DNA of 64,000 bases from an uncultured virus (IMG/VR IMGVR_UViG_3300028809_000684) (taxonomy: Duplodnaviria; Heunggongvirae; Uroviricota; Caudoviricetes): the IMG/VR virus record IMGVR_UViG_3300028809_000684. One strand, 5' to 3'. Below, in pieces: positions 8,446 through 17,517 of this stretch (position 1 is its first letter; every line of letters begins with the position of its first letter). The translations under genes were made by a program, and so were the position numbers. Under the pieces are notes generated by a model, which was not told the DNA's origin, ran no database searches, and saw nothing but the letters and a program-made list of their open reading frames with translations.

Positions 8446-8578
8446 ATCACGAACATGGAAGTTGGCATCCAGTCAATTCTTGTGCTCTACCGCTGAGCTA
8501 CAGCGCCTTTCGACGCCGACTGGATTTGAACCAGTGACCCCAAGATCCGATGAGAACAGATACCGATCGGCTCGTGAT
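8446..8578 (-). ncRNA. yrlA: YrlA-type Y RNA
   Basis: ACTGG-TTCAAAT-CCAGT, CGGCGTC-GAAA-GGCGCTG and TAGCTCAGCGGTAGAGC inside the GAGCCGA/CATGTTC stem. Confidence 0.9.
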
Positions 8579-8585
8579 GTTTTGA

Positions 8586-8652
8586 ACTGCGAACATGGAA
8601 GTCGTCGAGGGAGTCATCTTAACAGGATAACCCTCAGCATTCGGCTCGCAGT
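8586..8652 (-). ncRNA. Short Y RNA-like unit without a tRNA domain
   Basis: ACTGCGAGCCGAA...TTATC...CCATGTTCGCAGT. Confidence 0.75.
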
Positions 8653-8660
8653 GTCTGGAG

Positions 8661-8788
8661 CCGTGAACATGAAATTGCAAGTCCGCGTTTTGGTCTCGTG
8701 CTCTACCGATTGAGCTACATGGGCTTCCGCCCCTGGACGGATTCGAACCGCCAACCTCAAGAGATAACGAACTAACTTCGGCTCACGG
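8661..8788 (-). ncRNA. yrlA: YrlA-type Y RNA
   Basis: GGCGG-TTCGAAT-CCGTC, CAGGGGC-GGAA-GCCCATG and TAGCTCAATCGGTAGAGC. Confidence 0.9.
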
Positions 8789-8797
8789 TGTATTGAA

Positions 8798-8873
8798 CCC
8801 GAACGTGGGACCAACAGAAGGCGTTTTGGGCTCCGGTTGGGGAGCAAAGGTAACCGTCTGTCTTCGGCTCGGG
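8798..8873 (-). ncRNA. Short Y RNA-like unit without a tRNA domain
   Basis: CCCGAGCCGAA...TTACC...CCACGTTCGGG. Confidence 0.7.
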
Positions 8874-8875
8874 AA

Positions 8876-8975
8876 GGCGGGCGATGGAGGAATCGAACCT
8901 TCGGTAACGATCATCAGTCGGCTCGTTTCCGAGCATGGAATTGACAATCGGTTGCACACCAACGTGCGATCGCCC
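8876..8975 (-). ncRNA. Y RNA with ordinary tRNA topology (putative Ro-binding stem in the anticodon arm)
   Basis: Open acceptor GGGCGAT/ATCGCCC; D arm; CCATGCTCG-GAAA-CGAGCCGA; T loop TTCGATT. Confidence 0.75.
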
Positions 8976-9242
8976 AGTTGGACGGAGTCTACCGACTCCG
9001 TCCTTGATTGCAAGACCAGACACGCGGTCTAGGTCGTCGGTTCACCCTCGGCGGGCGGATTCGAAGCCGGATCCTTGGCCGGATCCCGCAGCAAGTTCGG
9101 AGGCATCACCATGTACATCCCCATCGGAGAGGTGCAGGCCACGACGATTTGCCCCGAGAAGGCAATGAGAAAAATGTCCACAACGTACCGCACGAAATTG
9201 CGCAACATGGAACATCTCCGGACAGACGAGCTTGTCCGCGGC

Positions 9243-9551
9243 TCAACGTGAGGCCGCGGAAACCGACGCAACGATCTCTTCGAACGTCGGGTAGTTTTTG
9301 ATTGGCGTGTCTGCTCCGATGAGGCCAGCATCGAGCAGAGCTTGCTTTCGCACTTCAGATAGCGCGGCTTCCTTCGGGATGGTCCCGAAGTCTCCGTCAC
9401 CTCGTAGCGCCCACGTCGGCCGCTGGCCGGCCGGCATGTCTTGACAGCGTGCCGGATCAGCTGGGCCAAACCAGATCCGAGCGTTTTCGAACCGATGTCC
9501 GTTCACATAGACGCGGACATGGTCCCCCTTTCGCCAGAGGGTCAGTTTCAT
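9243..9551 (-). CDS. Hypothetical protein
   Basis: Part of the tightly coupled minus-strand ORF string. Confidence 0.6.
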   Translation of the reverse strand: MKLTLWRKGDHVRVYVNGHRFENARIWFGPADPARCQDMPAGQRPTWALRGDGDFGTIPKEAALSEVRKQALLDAGLIGADTPIKNYPTFEEIVASVSAASR

Positions 9552-9928
9552 CAGATTCCCGCTCCATCCAGGTTCTCATTGAGGACTCCACGAGTCAGGC
9601 CCAGATGACGGATCTGATCTGTCATCGGGCCGTACCAGTTGAAGATGAGAGCGGATCCTCCTGGACCGAAGGAGGAATTGATGTAGCCGGTCGAGAGGAC
9701 GATGTCCGTCATCTCTCCTTCGGCCAGCGGGATATGCCAGATGCCGTTCTTGCCCTCGGTCGCGCCGAGGTCTTCAAGGATCTGGCGTCGCCACCGAAAC
9801 TCACGCTTCTGGTCCTGTTCAGTGACGGGATAGATGTCGAGCTTGCGAGCACATTCAAGACATTGCCCAGGTCTCGATTCCTCGCGAGCGGTGTAGCGTT
9901 TTTTGCGAAGACATTCCTCGCAGAACAC
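9551..9928 (-). CDS. Hypothetical protein with N-terminal CxxC...CxxC
   Basis: CEEC...CLEC; GGAGG RBS. Confidence 0.6.
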   Translation of the reverse strand: MFCEECLRKKRYTAREESRPGQCLECARKLDIYPVTEQDQKREFRWRRQILEDLGATEGKNGIWHIPLAEGEMTDIVLSTGYINSSFGPGGSALIFNWYGPMTDQIRHLGLTRGVLNENLDGAGI

Positions 9929-10300
9929 TCAGTCCTCCTGGAGGTAGGTTCGTATCTGGTCGAGCACGCTGAACGCGAACTGCACGTAGTCCTCACCTTC
10001 CTTGGTGGCCGTGTAGTATCGCGCCCGGAAGCCATGTAGCTCGTCTTCGTCCGATAGCCGGCCGGAGAGCAAGCCCTGATCCTCCAGAGCCGCCATGCTC
10101 TGATAGAAGGAAGCGACGTCATGCGGGTAGCCAGCCCGCTCCAGCGTCATGCGAATGACCCGTCCCGGCGCGGTCGTCCGCACCGTCTGGGCCAAGATCA
10201 GCAGGATCTCCAGTGAGACATCGGCCAACGTCTGTGGCGGACGAAAGGCTGGCTCGTTGAGTTGGTGGATCCAGTTGAGAATGGAACGAAAGGGGTTCAT
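9929..10300 (-). CDS. PadR-like winged-helix protein
   Basis: SFYQSMAALEDQGLL...RARYYTATKEGE is a PadR-like pattern. Confidence 0.65.
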   Translation of the reverse strand: MNPFRSILNWIHQLNEPAFRPPQTLADVSLEILLILAQTVRTTAPGRVIRMTLERAGYPHDVASFYQSMAALEDQGLLSGRLSDEDELHGFRARYYTATKEGEDYVQFAFSVLDQIRTYLQED

Positions 10301-10908
10301 CAGTCGACTCGAATTTCGACTGCGGAAGCGTCGGCGTTCTCGCGAACATCGTCCGGCATCCGCCGGGCAGTGAGCTTGTTCTCGTGGGCCTGGCGGAACG
10401 CGCTGAGAGTCATGTCCAGCAGCCGGGCCAACATCGGAATCGCGTTCTGGATCGCAGTCGCTTCGTCGTCAGCGAAGGTGATCCAGCGTTCGCCGCCGGG
10501 AGCGTAGACGGCCCACCGCGGCTTCTCGGTTTGAGCGTGGGACTCGCGAACGAGCCGACCCTCCTTGTCGAGCTTGATCAGCGGACGTCGCATTCCGACG
10601 TCCCGGGTCAGAGAATTCATCTCGTCGATGAGTTCCTGCAGGATCGGCAACCAACCACGCTGTCGAATCTCGCGGAGCAGATTCGCTCCGTGCGGGCCGA
10701 AGTTCTGCACAACGACCTGGTTGGGCAGGAGGATGTAGTTGCTGTTGCCGTTCGTGTAGAGGATCGTCGGCGGGCCGCTTTTGTGCCTGACCCGGTTGTT
10801 GATCTCGCAACTTTCGGTCAAGAACCGCTCCCAGGTGCGACCCTTCGGTTGATCACCCAGCAGAGCCTGGATCGGAACCGGGACTTCCACTTTTGCTTTG
10901 ACTGGCAT
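10300..10908 (-). CDS. Hypothetical protein
   Basis: Probable start MPVKAKVE after a GGAG RBS. Confidence 0.6.
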   Translation of the reverse strand: MPVKAKVEVPVPIQALLGDQPKGRTWERFLTESCEINNRVRHKSGPPTILYTNGNSNYILLPNQVVVQNFGPHGANLLREIRQRGWLPILQELIDEMNSLTRDVGMRRPLIKLDKEGRLVRESHAQTEKPRWAVYAPGGERWITFADDEATAIQNAIPMLARLLDMTLSAFRQAHENKLTARRMPDDVRENADASAVEIRVD

Positions 10909-11374
10909 CACTCTCTCCAGAGGTGTCGTTCTCCCAGGGCAAGCCGACTTCCGCGGAGCGGTCTTCGACTGACGGGAGTTGTCCAAACAGTTGGGCCTCA
11001 ACGAAGGTGGCCAACGCGCGGAGGGTGAGACCCAGCGGGTACTTCACCTTGTAGGCCAGCTTCGAGAGCCGGCCGTACTCGTTGGCGTGGCGAATCATCA
11101 GGATCAGGGCGCCGGCACACTCCTGCTCATGCCCCGGTTTGACGTTCTTGTCGCCGCCGTAGTCCTTGTTGTTCGGATCAGAGGAGTGGCAGACCATTCC
11201 CGGTGCTTTGCCGGTGCGGAGGCCATTCCACAGACGCCGAAGATTCTTGATCGAGTACCACTTCGCCGGATGCGGCTTCCCGTGGTTGACCTTGAGAAAG
11301 GGGCAGGTGTCGCAGACCCGAATCATCTTGGCGGCACTGCGGCCGATCTGCCCGATCTTAGGCTTCTTGCTCAT
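10853..11374 (-). CDS. Cys/His-rich phage protein (DUF6283-like)
   Basis: CxxCPF...VCH...CAGA pattern. Confidence 0.55.
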   Translation of the reverse strand: MSKKPKIGQIGRSAAKMIRVCDTCPFLKVNHGKPHPAKWYSIKNLRRLWNGLRTGKAPGMVCHSSDPNNKDYGGDKNVKPGHEQECAGALILMIRHANEYGRLSKLAYKVKYPLGLTLRALATFVEAQLFGQLPSVEDRSAEVGLPWENDTSGESDASQSKSGSPGSDPGSAG

Positions 11375-11709
11375 TCCTGCTTTCTGGGTTCGATAGGTTC
11401 GGCGATCAGATTCTCTTTCTTCATCAGAGCGAAGAGATCGGCCTGCTCGATCAGGTGCCGAGTCTCCTGAGCTGAAAGCTGCTTGCGGTGATCCGCTTCG
11501 AGCTTGTCGATGTGAGCCCGCCAGTCCCGACGTTCCTGGCGAATAAGAGAGTTCAGCCGGCTGATCTCCCGGCTGTCTTCGCGGCGAGCGTCACTGTACC
11601 GCTCCTGAAGTTCGCGACGTGCCTTGCCGTGAGTATCGTTCAGAGCGAAGAACGTCAGCATCCAGGTGATGCCGACCAGCAAGCCGGCCTTAACGAGATC
11701 CATCTTCAT
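11371..11709 (-). CDS. Membrane-anchored coiled-coil protein
   Basis: MKMDLVKAGLLVGITWMLTFFAL followed by a charged coiled coil; GGAGG RBS. Confidence 0.6.
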   Translation of the reverse strand: MKMDLVKAGLLVGITWMLTFFALNDTHGKARRELQERYSDARREDSREISRLNSLIRQERRDWRAHIDKLEADHRKQLSAQETRHLIEQADLFALMKKENLIAEPIEPRKQE

Positions 11710-12007
11710 GGTGACCTCCTGTCGTTCGGCCCATTCTACTTCTCCTTCTTCCCGAACTGAATCAACCCCTTGAAAACGAAGAACCCACGGGCCTTCGCTT
11801 CCTTGAGGAAGTCTGTCAGAGAAACGCGGCAGCGACAAACTGTTCGATCGCCTAGAAAGACCTCCCAGTTGTCGCCGCCGGACGCGTTTCGAGCCCAGCC
11901 CGAGACTGGCCGGATGCTCTCCGGCGGAATCTCCTGCTTGAGCTGGGCACTCAGTAGCCGAGCGGCTTTAGCCCGCTGCAGCCCCACAGAAACAAAATGC
12001 GGACGTC

Positions 12008-12475
12008 TCACCCACGTGCCTTACGGATCTGGGCCATCTCGTCTGGCACGTAAATGCCAGCGACGCGGAAGAGCGTGAGAACGACCTTACCGATCGGCGT
12101 CAGCACCAGGCTCTTGTTGACCCAGTGATCGCTCTCCCGCCGCGGATTGCGGATTGTCGGGATGACGCTGGGATTCTCGATCACCAGGCCTCGATTGACC
12201 AGGGCCATCTGGGTGGCGATCACGTTATTCGGCCGGAGGACGCTGCCGCCCTCCCGCGTCCGAGCCCAGTGCATTCCGCCTTCGATGCTCGTCAACATCT
12301 CCATCATCGGCTCGCTCAGGGTCAGGTGGAACCCGGTCCTGAGTGCGGTGCGAAGGAAGGCCGCAGAGCTATTGGCCAGGATCTCGTTCGCACCCGACTT
12401 CTTCACCTTCGCTGCGCCCTTGAGCCGGCGCTGGTCGTCTTTTCGAATTCGAACTGTCGGTTTACGGGTTGCCAT
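12008..12475 (-). CDS. Hypothetical protein (possible winged helix)
   Basis: ALVNRGLV...LTPIG pattern. Confidence 0.55.
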   Translation of the reverse strand: MATRKPTVRIRKDDQRRLKGAAKVKKSGANEILANSSAAFLRTALRTGFHLTLSEPMMEMLTSIEGGMHWARTREGGSVLRPNNVIATQMALVNRGLVIENPSVIPTIRNPRRESDHWVNKSLVLTPIGKVVLTLFRVAGIYVPDEMAQIRKARG

Positions 12476-12484
12476 AGGGTCCTT

Positions 12485-13042
12485 TCAATCCGCGGGTTTT
12501 GAAATTCGAAGACAGGGAGATGCCTTCGCAACACGATTCCAATCGTTGACGATCGTGAGATCGATCCCGTTGGTGGCGTCTCTCGCGGCCTCCTTGAACC
12601 GCCAGAAGACTTCGTGGACGGCCTTGCAATGCTGGCAGCTCCAGCACCGTTTGCGGCCAGGCACAAGCTCGTCAGCCAGCTTGTCGAAGCACTGACGGGC
12701 TAGGTCCGGTGGCGTCTTAAAGAAGTCGCTCCCGAACAGCCACTCCAGCTTGTCGTACTCGTAGTCGCTGCGAACCGTATGGCAGTCGTAGACGTCCTTC
12801 GGCTCGACCCAACGCTCGCAAGCCAGCGTATGGAGGTGCATCGCAACGACGATCAGCAGTCCCTCGGCCTGCCTCTCCGGCGGATCAACGAACCCGATGA
12901 CGCGACCGAAGAAGTCGCTGCCAGCGGTTCGCCATTGAATGAAATCGCCTCGCTTGGCATGGGAGTTCCGGCCAGGCGAGGCGATTGGAATTTCGGGAAG
13001 GCGAACCTCCCCTTCAGTGGTGACGGTGACGTCTGTTCGCAT
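12485..13042 (-). CDS. Hypothetical protein
   Basis: 185-aa ORF; GGAG RBS. Confidence 0.6.
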   Translation of the reverse strand: MRTDVTVTTEGEVRLPEIPIASPGRNSHAKRGDFIQWRTAGSDFFGRVIGFVDPPERQAEGLLIVVAMHLHTLACERWVEPKDVYDCHTVRSDYEYDKLEWLFGSDFFKTPPDLARQCFDKLADELVPGRKRCWSCQHCKAVHEVFWRFKEAARDATNGIDLTIVNDWNRVAKASPCLRISKPAD

Positions 13043-13104
13043 GGATCTCCGGGATGAACATGGGCAGCCAGCCGAACGCGAGGATCGTCAGGCCAATGAC
13101 AACA

Positions 13105-13311
13105 TCAAATCGGTTCAGCATCCTGCGGTCCCTTGTAGAAGTGCCGGACCATGTCCGGCTGTTGAACTCCGACGATAAAGACATCCCCTTGTGGGCCGGG
13201 AACGTACGGCGGACCCGTATGTCCGGGAGGCCCAGGGATACCTTGCGGTCCCTGGGGACATCCACAGCGTCCACGGCACCCCAGCACTCCCTGCACTTCA
13301 ATCGGTTCCAT
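13105..13311 (-). CDS. Short collagen-like (Gly-X-Y) protein
   Basis: PQGPQGIPGPPGHTGP; an alternative frame (13014-13316) also exists. Confidence 0.4.
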   Translation of the reverse strand: MEPIEVQGVLGCRGRCGCPQGPQGIPGPPGHTGPPYVPGPQGDVFIVGVQQPDMVRHFYKGPQDAEPI

Positions 13312-13312
13312 C

Positions 13313-14299
13313 TCATTCCTTGAGTGAGTACGGAGCCAACACGTGGACTCCACCAACGTCAACGTGGTGGGTGGTTAGCTCCAGCGGTTCGTTGTAGTCC
13401 CGGAACTTCGGGACGCACGCATTATCCTCACCGATCCGGAAATAACCAGTGGACATCCACGGCGCACGGTGCATGCTCGTGTGGCGCTCCGGCAACGTCC
13501 GGTAGTAGAGACGGTTCTTGTTGACCGGCGTCCCCGGCACAGGCCGGTTGAACGACAGGCCCACGACAGGCCCGCTGGGCATCGCAGTCGCGCTCAGGCG
13601 AACCCGGGCCAGCGTCGCGGCGAAGTATCTCGCCAGGATCCACTTGTGATCCTGGCCGGGATAGAACACCTGGTAGGCCGTGTAGTAGTACTGCCGCTGC
13701 TCCTCGGGGATGTCTCCCTTCCAGCCAGCGTTCTGCAGATCCGTGCCGGTGGCCCGGCCCTGCAGGTAGTTGTAGAACAGCGGCGCCAGGTTCTCGACTT
13801 CGAGGCTGAAGGACGACCAGTTCGTCAGCATCGATTCCCGGATGGGTACGACACTGTCGCCGAGCATGAACTTCAGGAGCCGCTCGAACTTGGCAGCGTA
13901 CTCATCGATCGCGGCGGCGCGAGTGACGCCGAACAGCACCCGGTCCGTAAGGTCCTCGATCCGGACGTGAAACTCGACTTCCTTCCCGTGCCGCCGCATG
14001 CCGTCCCGCAGGCACAGCAGCTGACGGACAGCGAAGAACTCCAGGATGTCGAGCGGGGTCGCGTCCTGCTTGCTGCTGCCCCAGGGAACGAGCACGTTCA
14101 GCCGATCCGAAGACCGCAGCACGCCCCGAATCGCCGCCTGGACTTCCGGGGACGGCATCGGTCCGTAGCGTCGCTGCTTCGTGCCGAACAATTCCGCGGA
14201 GATGGCTTCGAACTGCACTTCGGAGGACACGTTCATCTTGGGGAAGGACGTGTACATGAATTGCGTGATCAGGTCTTCGTAGGTCACAGCTATCCTCAT
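13313..14299 (-). CDS. Putative enzyme, weakly isonitrile synthase (Dit1/PvcA)-like
   Basis: 328 aa; VPWGSSK..D..E....QL.CL...IED spacing; family call is by eye only. Confidence 0.35.
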   Translation of the reverse strand: MRIAVTYEDLITQFMYTSFPKMNVSSEVQFEAISAELFGTKQRRYGPMPSPEVQAAIRGVLRSSDRLNVLVPWGSSKQDATPLDILEFFAVRQLLCLRDGMRRHGKEVEFHVRIEDLTDRVLFGVTRAAAIDEYAAKFERLLKFMLGDSVVPIRESMLTNWSSFSLEVENLAPLFYNYLQGRATGTDLQNAGWKGDIPEEQRQYYYTAYQVFYPGQDHKWILARYFAATLARVRLSATAMPSGPVVGLSFNRPVPGTPVNKNRLYYRTLPERHTSMHRAPWMSTGYFRIGEDNACVPKFRDYNEPLELTTHHVDVGGVHVLAPYSLKE

Positions 14300-14343
14300 G
14301 ACGTTGGTGGTGGTAGAACGAAATCACCGACAGGAGGTCAGTG

Positions 14344-14571
14344 ATGCCGTTCCGAAGCAAATCGCAACAGAGATGGATGTTCGCCGCCGAGGCCAGAAAC
14401 GAGCTGCCCAAAGGGACAGCTCGTCGCTGGGCCAAGGAGACAAAGAAACAGAAGGGCGGGTTTACGGCCCTTCCGGAGAAGGTTCCTCAGACGGAGAAGA
14501 CGGCTGCGGATCTTGCCCGTATAGCCCTTCGCGCAGTGTTTGCCGGGTCATCGACCGAACAAAGTCGATGA
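14344..14571 (+). CDS. Small basic phage protein (MPFxSKxQQR type)
   Basis: GGAGG RBS; MPFRSKSQQRWMFA N-terminus; the only convincing plus-strand gene. Confidence 0.7.
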   Translation: MPFRSKSQQRWMFAAEARNELPKGTARRWAKETKKQKGGFTALPEKVPQTEKTAADLARIALRAVFAGSSTEQSR

Positions 14572-15505
14572 CGCGGTCATTGCCCGCCGCAGCGCGGAAC
14601 AGGATAACGCGGTGCATCGCGACCAGATCCGCGTTCGTGATCGGGCCATCCGCTTCCAGGGCCTGCCGAACACCGTCGTGGAGCGATCCGACGATCGGCG
14701 GGAAAAGGATGTCGTACAGCCCGTGCAGATCCAGATCCTCCGTGTCTGACACGAACATGCACAGATCCCGGAGGAGCCGTACAATGCGATTCCGCTGATC
14801 AACGTCCATGTTCGGCAGGACGTCTTCCTGGGCTACCGATCCACGAATCAGATTCGCTATCGGCTCGATCCGGGTCACGGTCAGATACTCCGAGGGACCG
14901 ATGACCAGCCCGTAGGCGGCAACGACCATGTCCTGGTTCTCGGCCAGATCTTCCTGGACCTCAGACAAGGACTGCTCGTTTGTCGGGTCCTCCTCCAGGG
15001 TCTCGCGTTCGCCGGGCTCAACTTCGATCAAAGACGGGATCGTGATGGACCCCGTGCGATGCTCGATCGTCATCAGCACGGGAAGCCGATCCGGCTCCAT
15101 GTCCTCCTCGTCGTCATCGTCGTCAGCGTCGTCGGGCTCATTAGCGAGCCCCTGGATCTCGTCCCGCAACCTCTTGTTCCGGAGATTGATCGTGCGATGG
15201 GCCTTCGCCAGCTCGTCCTGCGTTTCCTTGGGATCCCAGGTACCCTCGGCGCCGACAGCGGCCATCGTCTTATGGATCGGCACGCCGACCGAGGCGAAGT
15301 ACGCCTCGACTCCGCCAGTGAGGCCGTCCATGTCGAGTAGGACGAGCCCGGAACGTGTCACCTCCGCGGCCACGGACGAGGCAAATGAAAACGCACGATA
15401 GAACTCGGTCATCGCTTCCTGGAGCCGTCGAATCGCGTCGCTGCCCTCCGGAGCTCCGCTTTGAGCCAAAATCAGTGAAACGTGGTGTGGGCCAAGAACC
15501 TTCAT
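14462..15505 (-). CDS. Acidic hypothetical protein
   Basis: Long ORF with a DDADDDDDEED tract. Confidence 0.7.
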   Translation of the reverse strand: MKVLGPHHVSLILAQSGAPEGSDAIRRLQEAMTEFYRAFSFASSVAAEVTRSGLVLLDMDGLTGGVEAYFASVGVPIHKTMAAVGAEGTWDPKETQDELAKAHRTINLRNKRLRDEIQGLANEPDDADDDDDEEDMEPDRLPVLMTIEHRTGSITIPSLIEVEPGERETLEEDPTNEQSLSEVQEDLAENQDMVVAAYGLVIGPSEYLTVTRIEPIANLIRGSVAQEDVLPNMDVDQRNRIVRLLRDLCMFVSDTEDLDLHGLYDILFPPIVGSLHDGVRQALEADGPITNADLVAMHRVILFRAAAGNDRVIDFVRSMTRQTLREGLYGQDPQPSSPSEEPSPEGP

Positions 15506-15519
15506 GAGTGTCCTCTGGA

Positions 15520-15551
15520 AATGAAGAAAGGCCACCCGGAGGTGGCCTTTC
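15520..15551 (-). terminator. Intrinsic terminator
   Basis: GAAAGGCCACC-TCCG-GGTGGCCTTTC followed by TTCATTT. Confidence 0.65.
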
Positions 15552-15577
15552 GTGTGACGCGGTGTGGGAGACTCAGG

Positions 15578-16888
15578 CTACGGTGCCTGGGTCGTCTTCG
15601 GCGGCAGGTTGAGGAGTGAGCTGGGCGACATCGGACCAACGTAGATCGTCGGGAATGAGCCCTTCCACTTCTCAATCTGGGTCTTCTGAACCTCCAGCTG
15701 CCGCAGCTGCAGGTAAATCGGAAGCTGCTCGCGAGCCTTCTCAATCTCGTAGGCCGACGCATCGGCACGAGCTTTAGTGGCCTCCGCTTCCGCTTCCGCA
15801 CGCAGTTGAGTCGCGGACGCCTCGCCCTGTGCGGCGACCTTTGCGGCGTCGGCCTTACCCTGGGCTTCCTTCTGGAGAGCCGCCGCCTTGGAAGTGGCGA
15901 TCGTCTGCTCTTGCTCGGCGTTGAACACCTCGACGAGCTTCGTCTGGATGCTCTTGTCCTTGTAGATGAAGCCGCCCGAGATCCCCAGGTTGGTGATCGT
16001 GATCCCGCGTTCGACAAAGAACGCAGTCGTGGCTTCGATAACCTTCTTGATGTGCGGTGTCGCTTCCAGCCGGAGCTTGTCCATCCGCTGGTCGGTGACT
16101 TCGAGCCCGAAGGCGGTCTGGACGTAGGCTCGAACCTCACGGTCCAGCACTTCGGCGAGCGTCTCGTTCCTGTAGTTGTGCAGGAACTTGACCGCGTCGT
16201 CGCGGGATGCGATTCGTGCCGTGACAGTCCATCCGGTGGAGAACTCCACCTGATCCGCCGTCATGACCCAGATGGCTTCGTTCTTGTTCGACGTACCGCT
16301 GTTCTCGTCGGCCGTCCATTCCCGGGTGACCGGCGAACGATCGACCTTGATCACGATAGCTGCGTCGCGCCACTCGCCGTCCGCACCCATGTACTCATAG
16401 CCTTTCGGGACCCACTGCTGCGGGATCTCGACCTGCTTGGTATTGACGAGCTTGGCTTTCAGGAAGGCTTCGCTTTCCGTCGAGGCCTGGTCAGCGTTGT
16501 CGCCGACGTAGGGGATGACGAACGCCTCTTCGTTCGTGCCGATCGTTTCGAACTTCACCGGTTTGAACGGCTTCCACCAGCAACCACTGGAAAGCAGAGG
16601 GAGCAGCAGAGCAGCGCCGGTGGTCCACTTTTTGAACCACTGCTTGTCGACCCCGCCGATCAGGATCGCGAGCGCGACCAAGGTCAGAAGCCCGCCACCG
16701 ACAGCCCAGCCGCTGTTCTCCAGACGGCGACGGAGCCGCTGCTCCGCCACTTTATCTTGCTGCCCGGCGTCGAACTGGGCGTGGATGGACTCATGCGTTT
16801 GCCGGACAACAGTGGTCTCCTCGTAGTATGCCCGGGCGCCGACAAACGCACCGAACATGATGAGTACGACGATCAGCCGATAGATCAT
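15578..16888 (-). CDS. SPFH/band-7 (prohibitin-like) membrane protein
   Basis: TM segments; GITITNLG; AQGEA/AEAEA coiled coil; IEKWKG tail. Confidence 0.75.
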   Translation of the reverse strand: MIYRLIVVLIMFGAFVGARAYYEETTVVRQTHESIHAQFDAGQQDKVAEQRLRRRLENSGWAVGGGLLTLVALAILIGGVDKQWFKKWTTGAALLLPLLSSGCWWKPFKPVKFETIGTNEEAFVIPYVGDNADQASTESEAFLKAKLVNTKQVEIPQQWVPKGYEYMGADGEWRDAAIVIKVDRSPVTREWTADENSGTSNKNEAIWVMTADQVEFSTGWTVTARIASRDDAVKFLHNYRNETLAEVLDREVRAYVQTAFGLEVTDQRMDKLRLEATPHIKKVIEATTAFFVERGITITNLGISGGFIYKDKSIQTKLVEVFNAEQEQTIATSKAAALQKEAQGKADAAKVAAQGEASATQLRAEAEAEATKARADASAYEIEKAREQLPIYLQLRQLEVQKTQIEKWKGSFPTIYVGPMSPSSLLNLPPKTTQAP

Positions 16889-16956
16889 TGGAACAGGCTC
16901 CTGCAGGAAAGGGACGTAACACGAACGGCAAACCGTGCCGATCGGATCACGGGAAA

Positions 16957-17517
16957 TCATTTCGGATTGAGCTTGGCGTAGAGCTCGTCAAGACGCTTCT
17001 GAAGATGACCGGCTTTGATCAACTGGTGCAGCCGCTGTCGGGTGAACCCCAATAGCGCCTGGCAACGCTTACCGGAAACCAGCTCGGGACCGAACCGCCA
17101 CATCTTATGACTTGGGCTATCGCTGAGAACCCAGTTATCCGGACCCAACGGCTGATCAGGATCTCGCTTCCGCAGATAGCGATTTGGTGGCAACGGACCA
17201 ACGACGGCAAAGAACGCCTTGAAGGACGCCTGCCATTCTGGAACCATCAAGTGACGGTGGTTATTCCAACCAGAATAAGTATGCCGATCCTTCGACGTGG
17301 GGTTGCCGCGATTAGAGACGCACCCACAAGACTTCTGAACGTAAAGCGCGGTCCGAGTTACGTCAAACTCCTTACCGCACTTCGGGCACCGACAAGCGTA
17401 GACAGCGATGTTCCGAACGAAGCCCAAATGCCGTAGGACCTCAATTCCAGTCGCGGTTGTCTGGCCTGAGATGTCTTTGAACCTGGTCCCCTTAGCGGGG
17501 CGAGGATCGATTTCCAT
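16957..17517 (-). CDS. Degenerate HNH homing-endonuclease-like protein
   Basis: DISGQ..CRCPKCG..KSCGC and EW.SFKAFF..VGPLP..LRKRD..GPDNW; HNH catalytic residues appear eroded. Confidence 0.6.
   Translation of the reverse strand: MEIDPRPAKGTRFKDISGQTTATGIEVLRHLGFVRNIAVYACRCPKCGKEFDVTRTALYVQKSCGCVSNRGNPTSKDRHTYSGWNNHRHLMVPEWQASFKAFFAVVGPLPPNRYLRKRDPDQPLGPDNWVLSDSPSHKMWRFGPELVSGKRCQALLGFTRQRLHQLIKAGHLQKRLDELYAKLNPK

Noticed and set aside
8446..8788. Apparent tRNA genes upstream of rsr
   Set aside because: The T arm precedes the D arm and the acceptor is closed by a loop, which is YrlA topology rather than a decoding tRNA.
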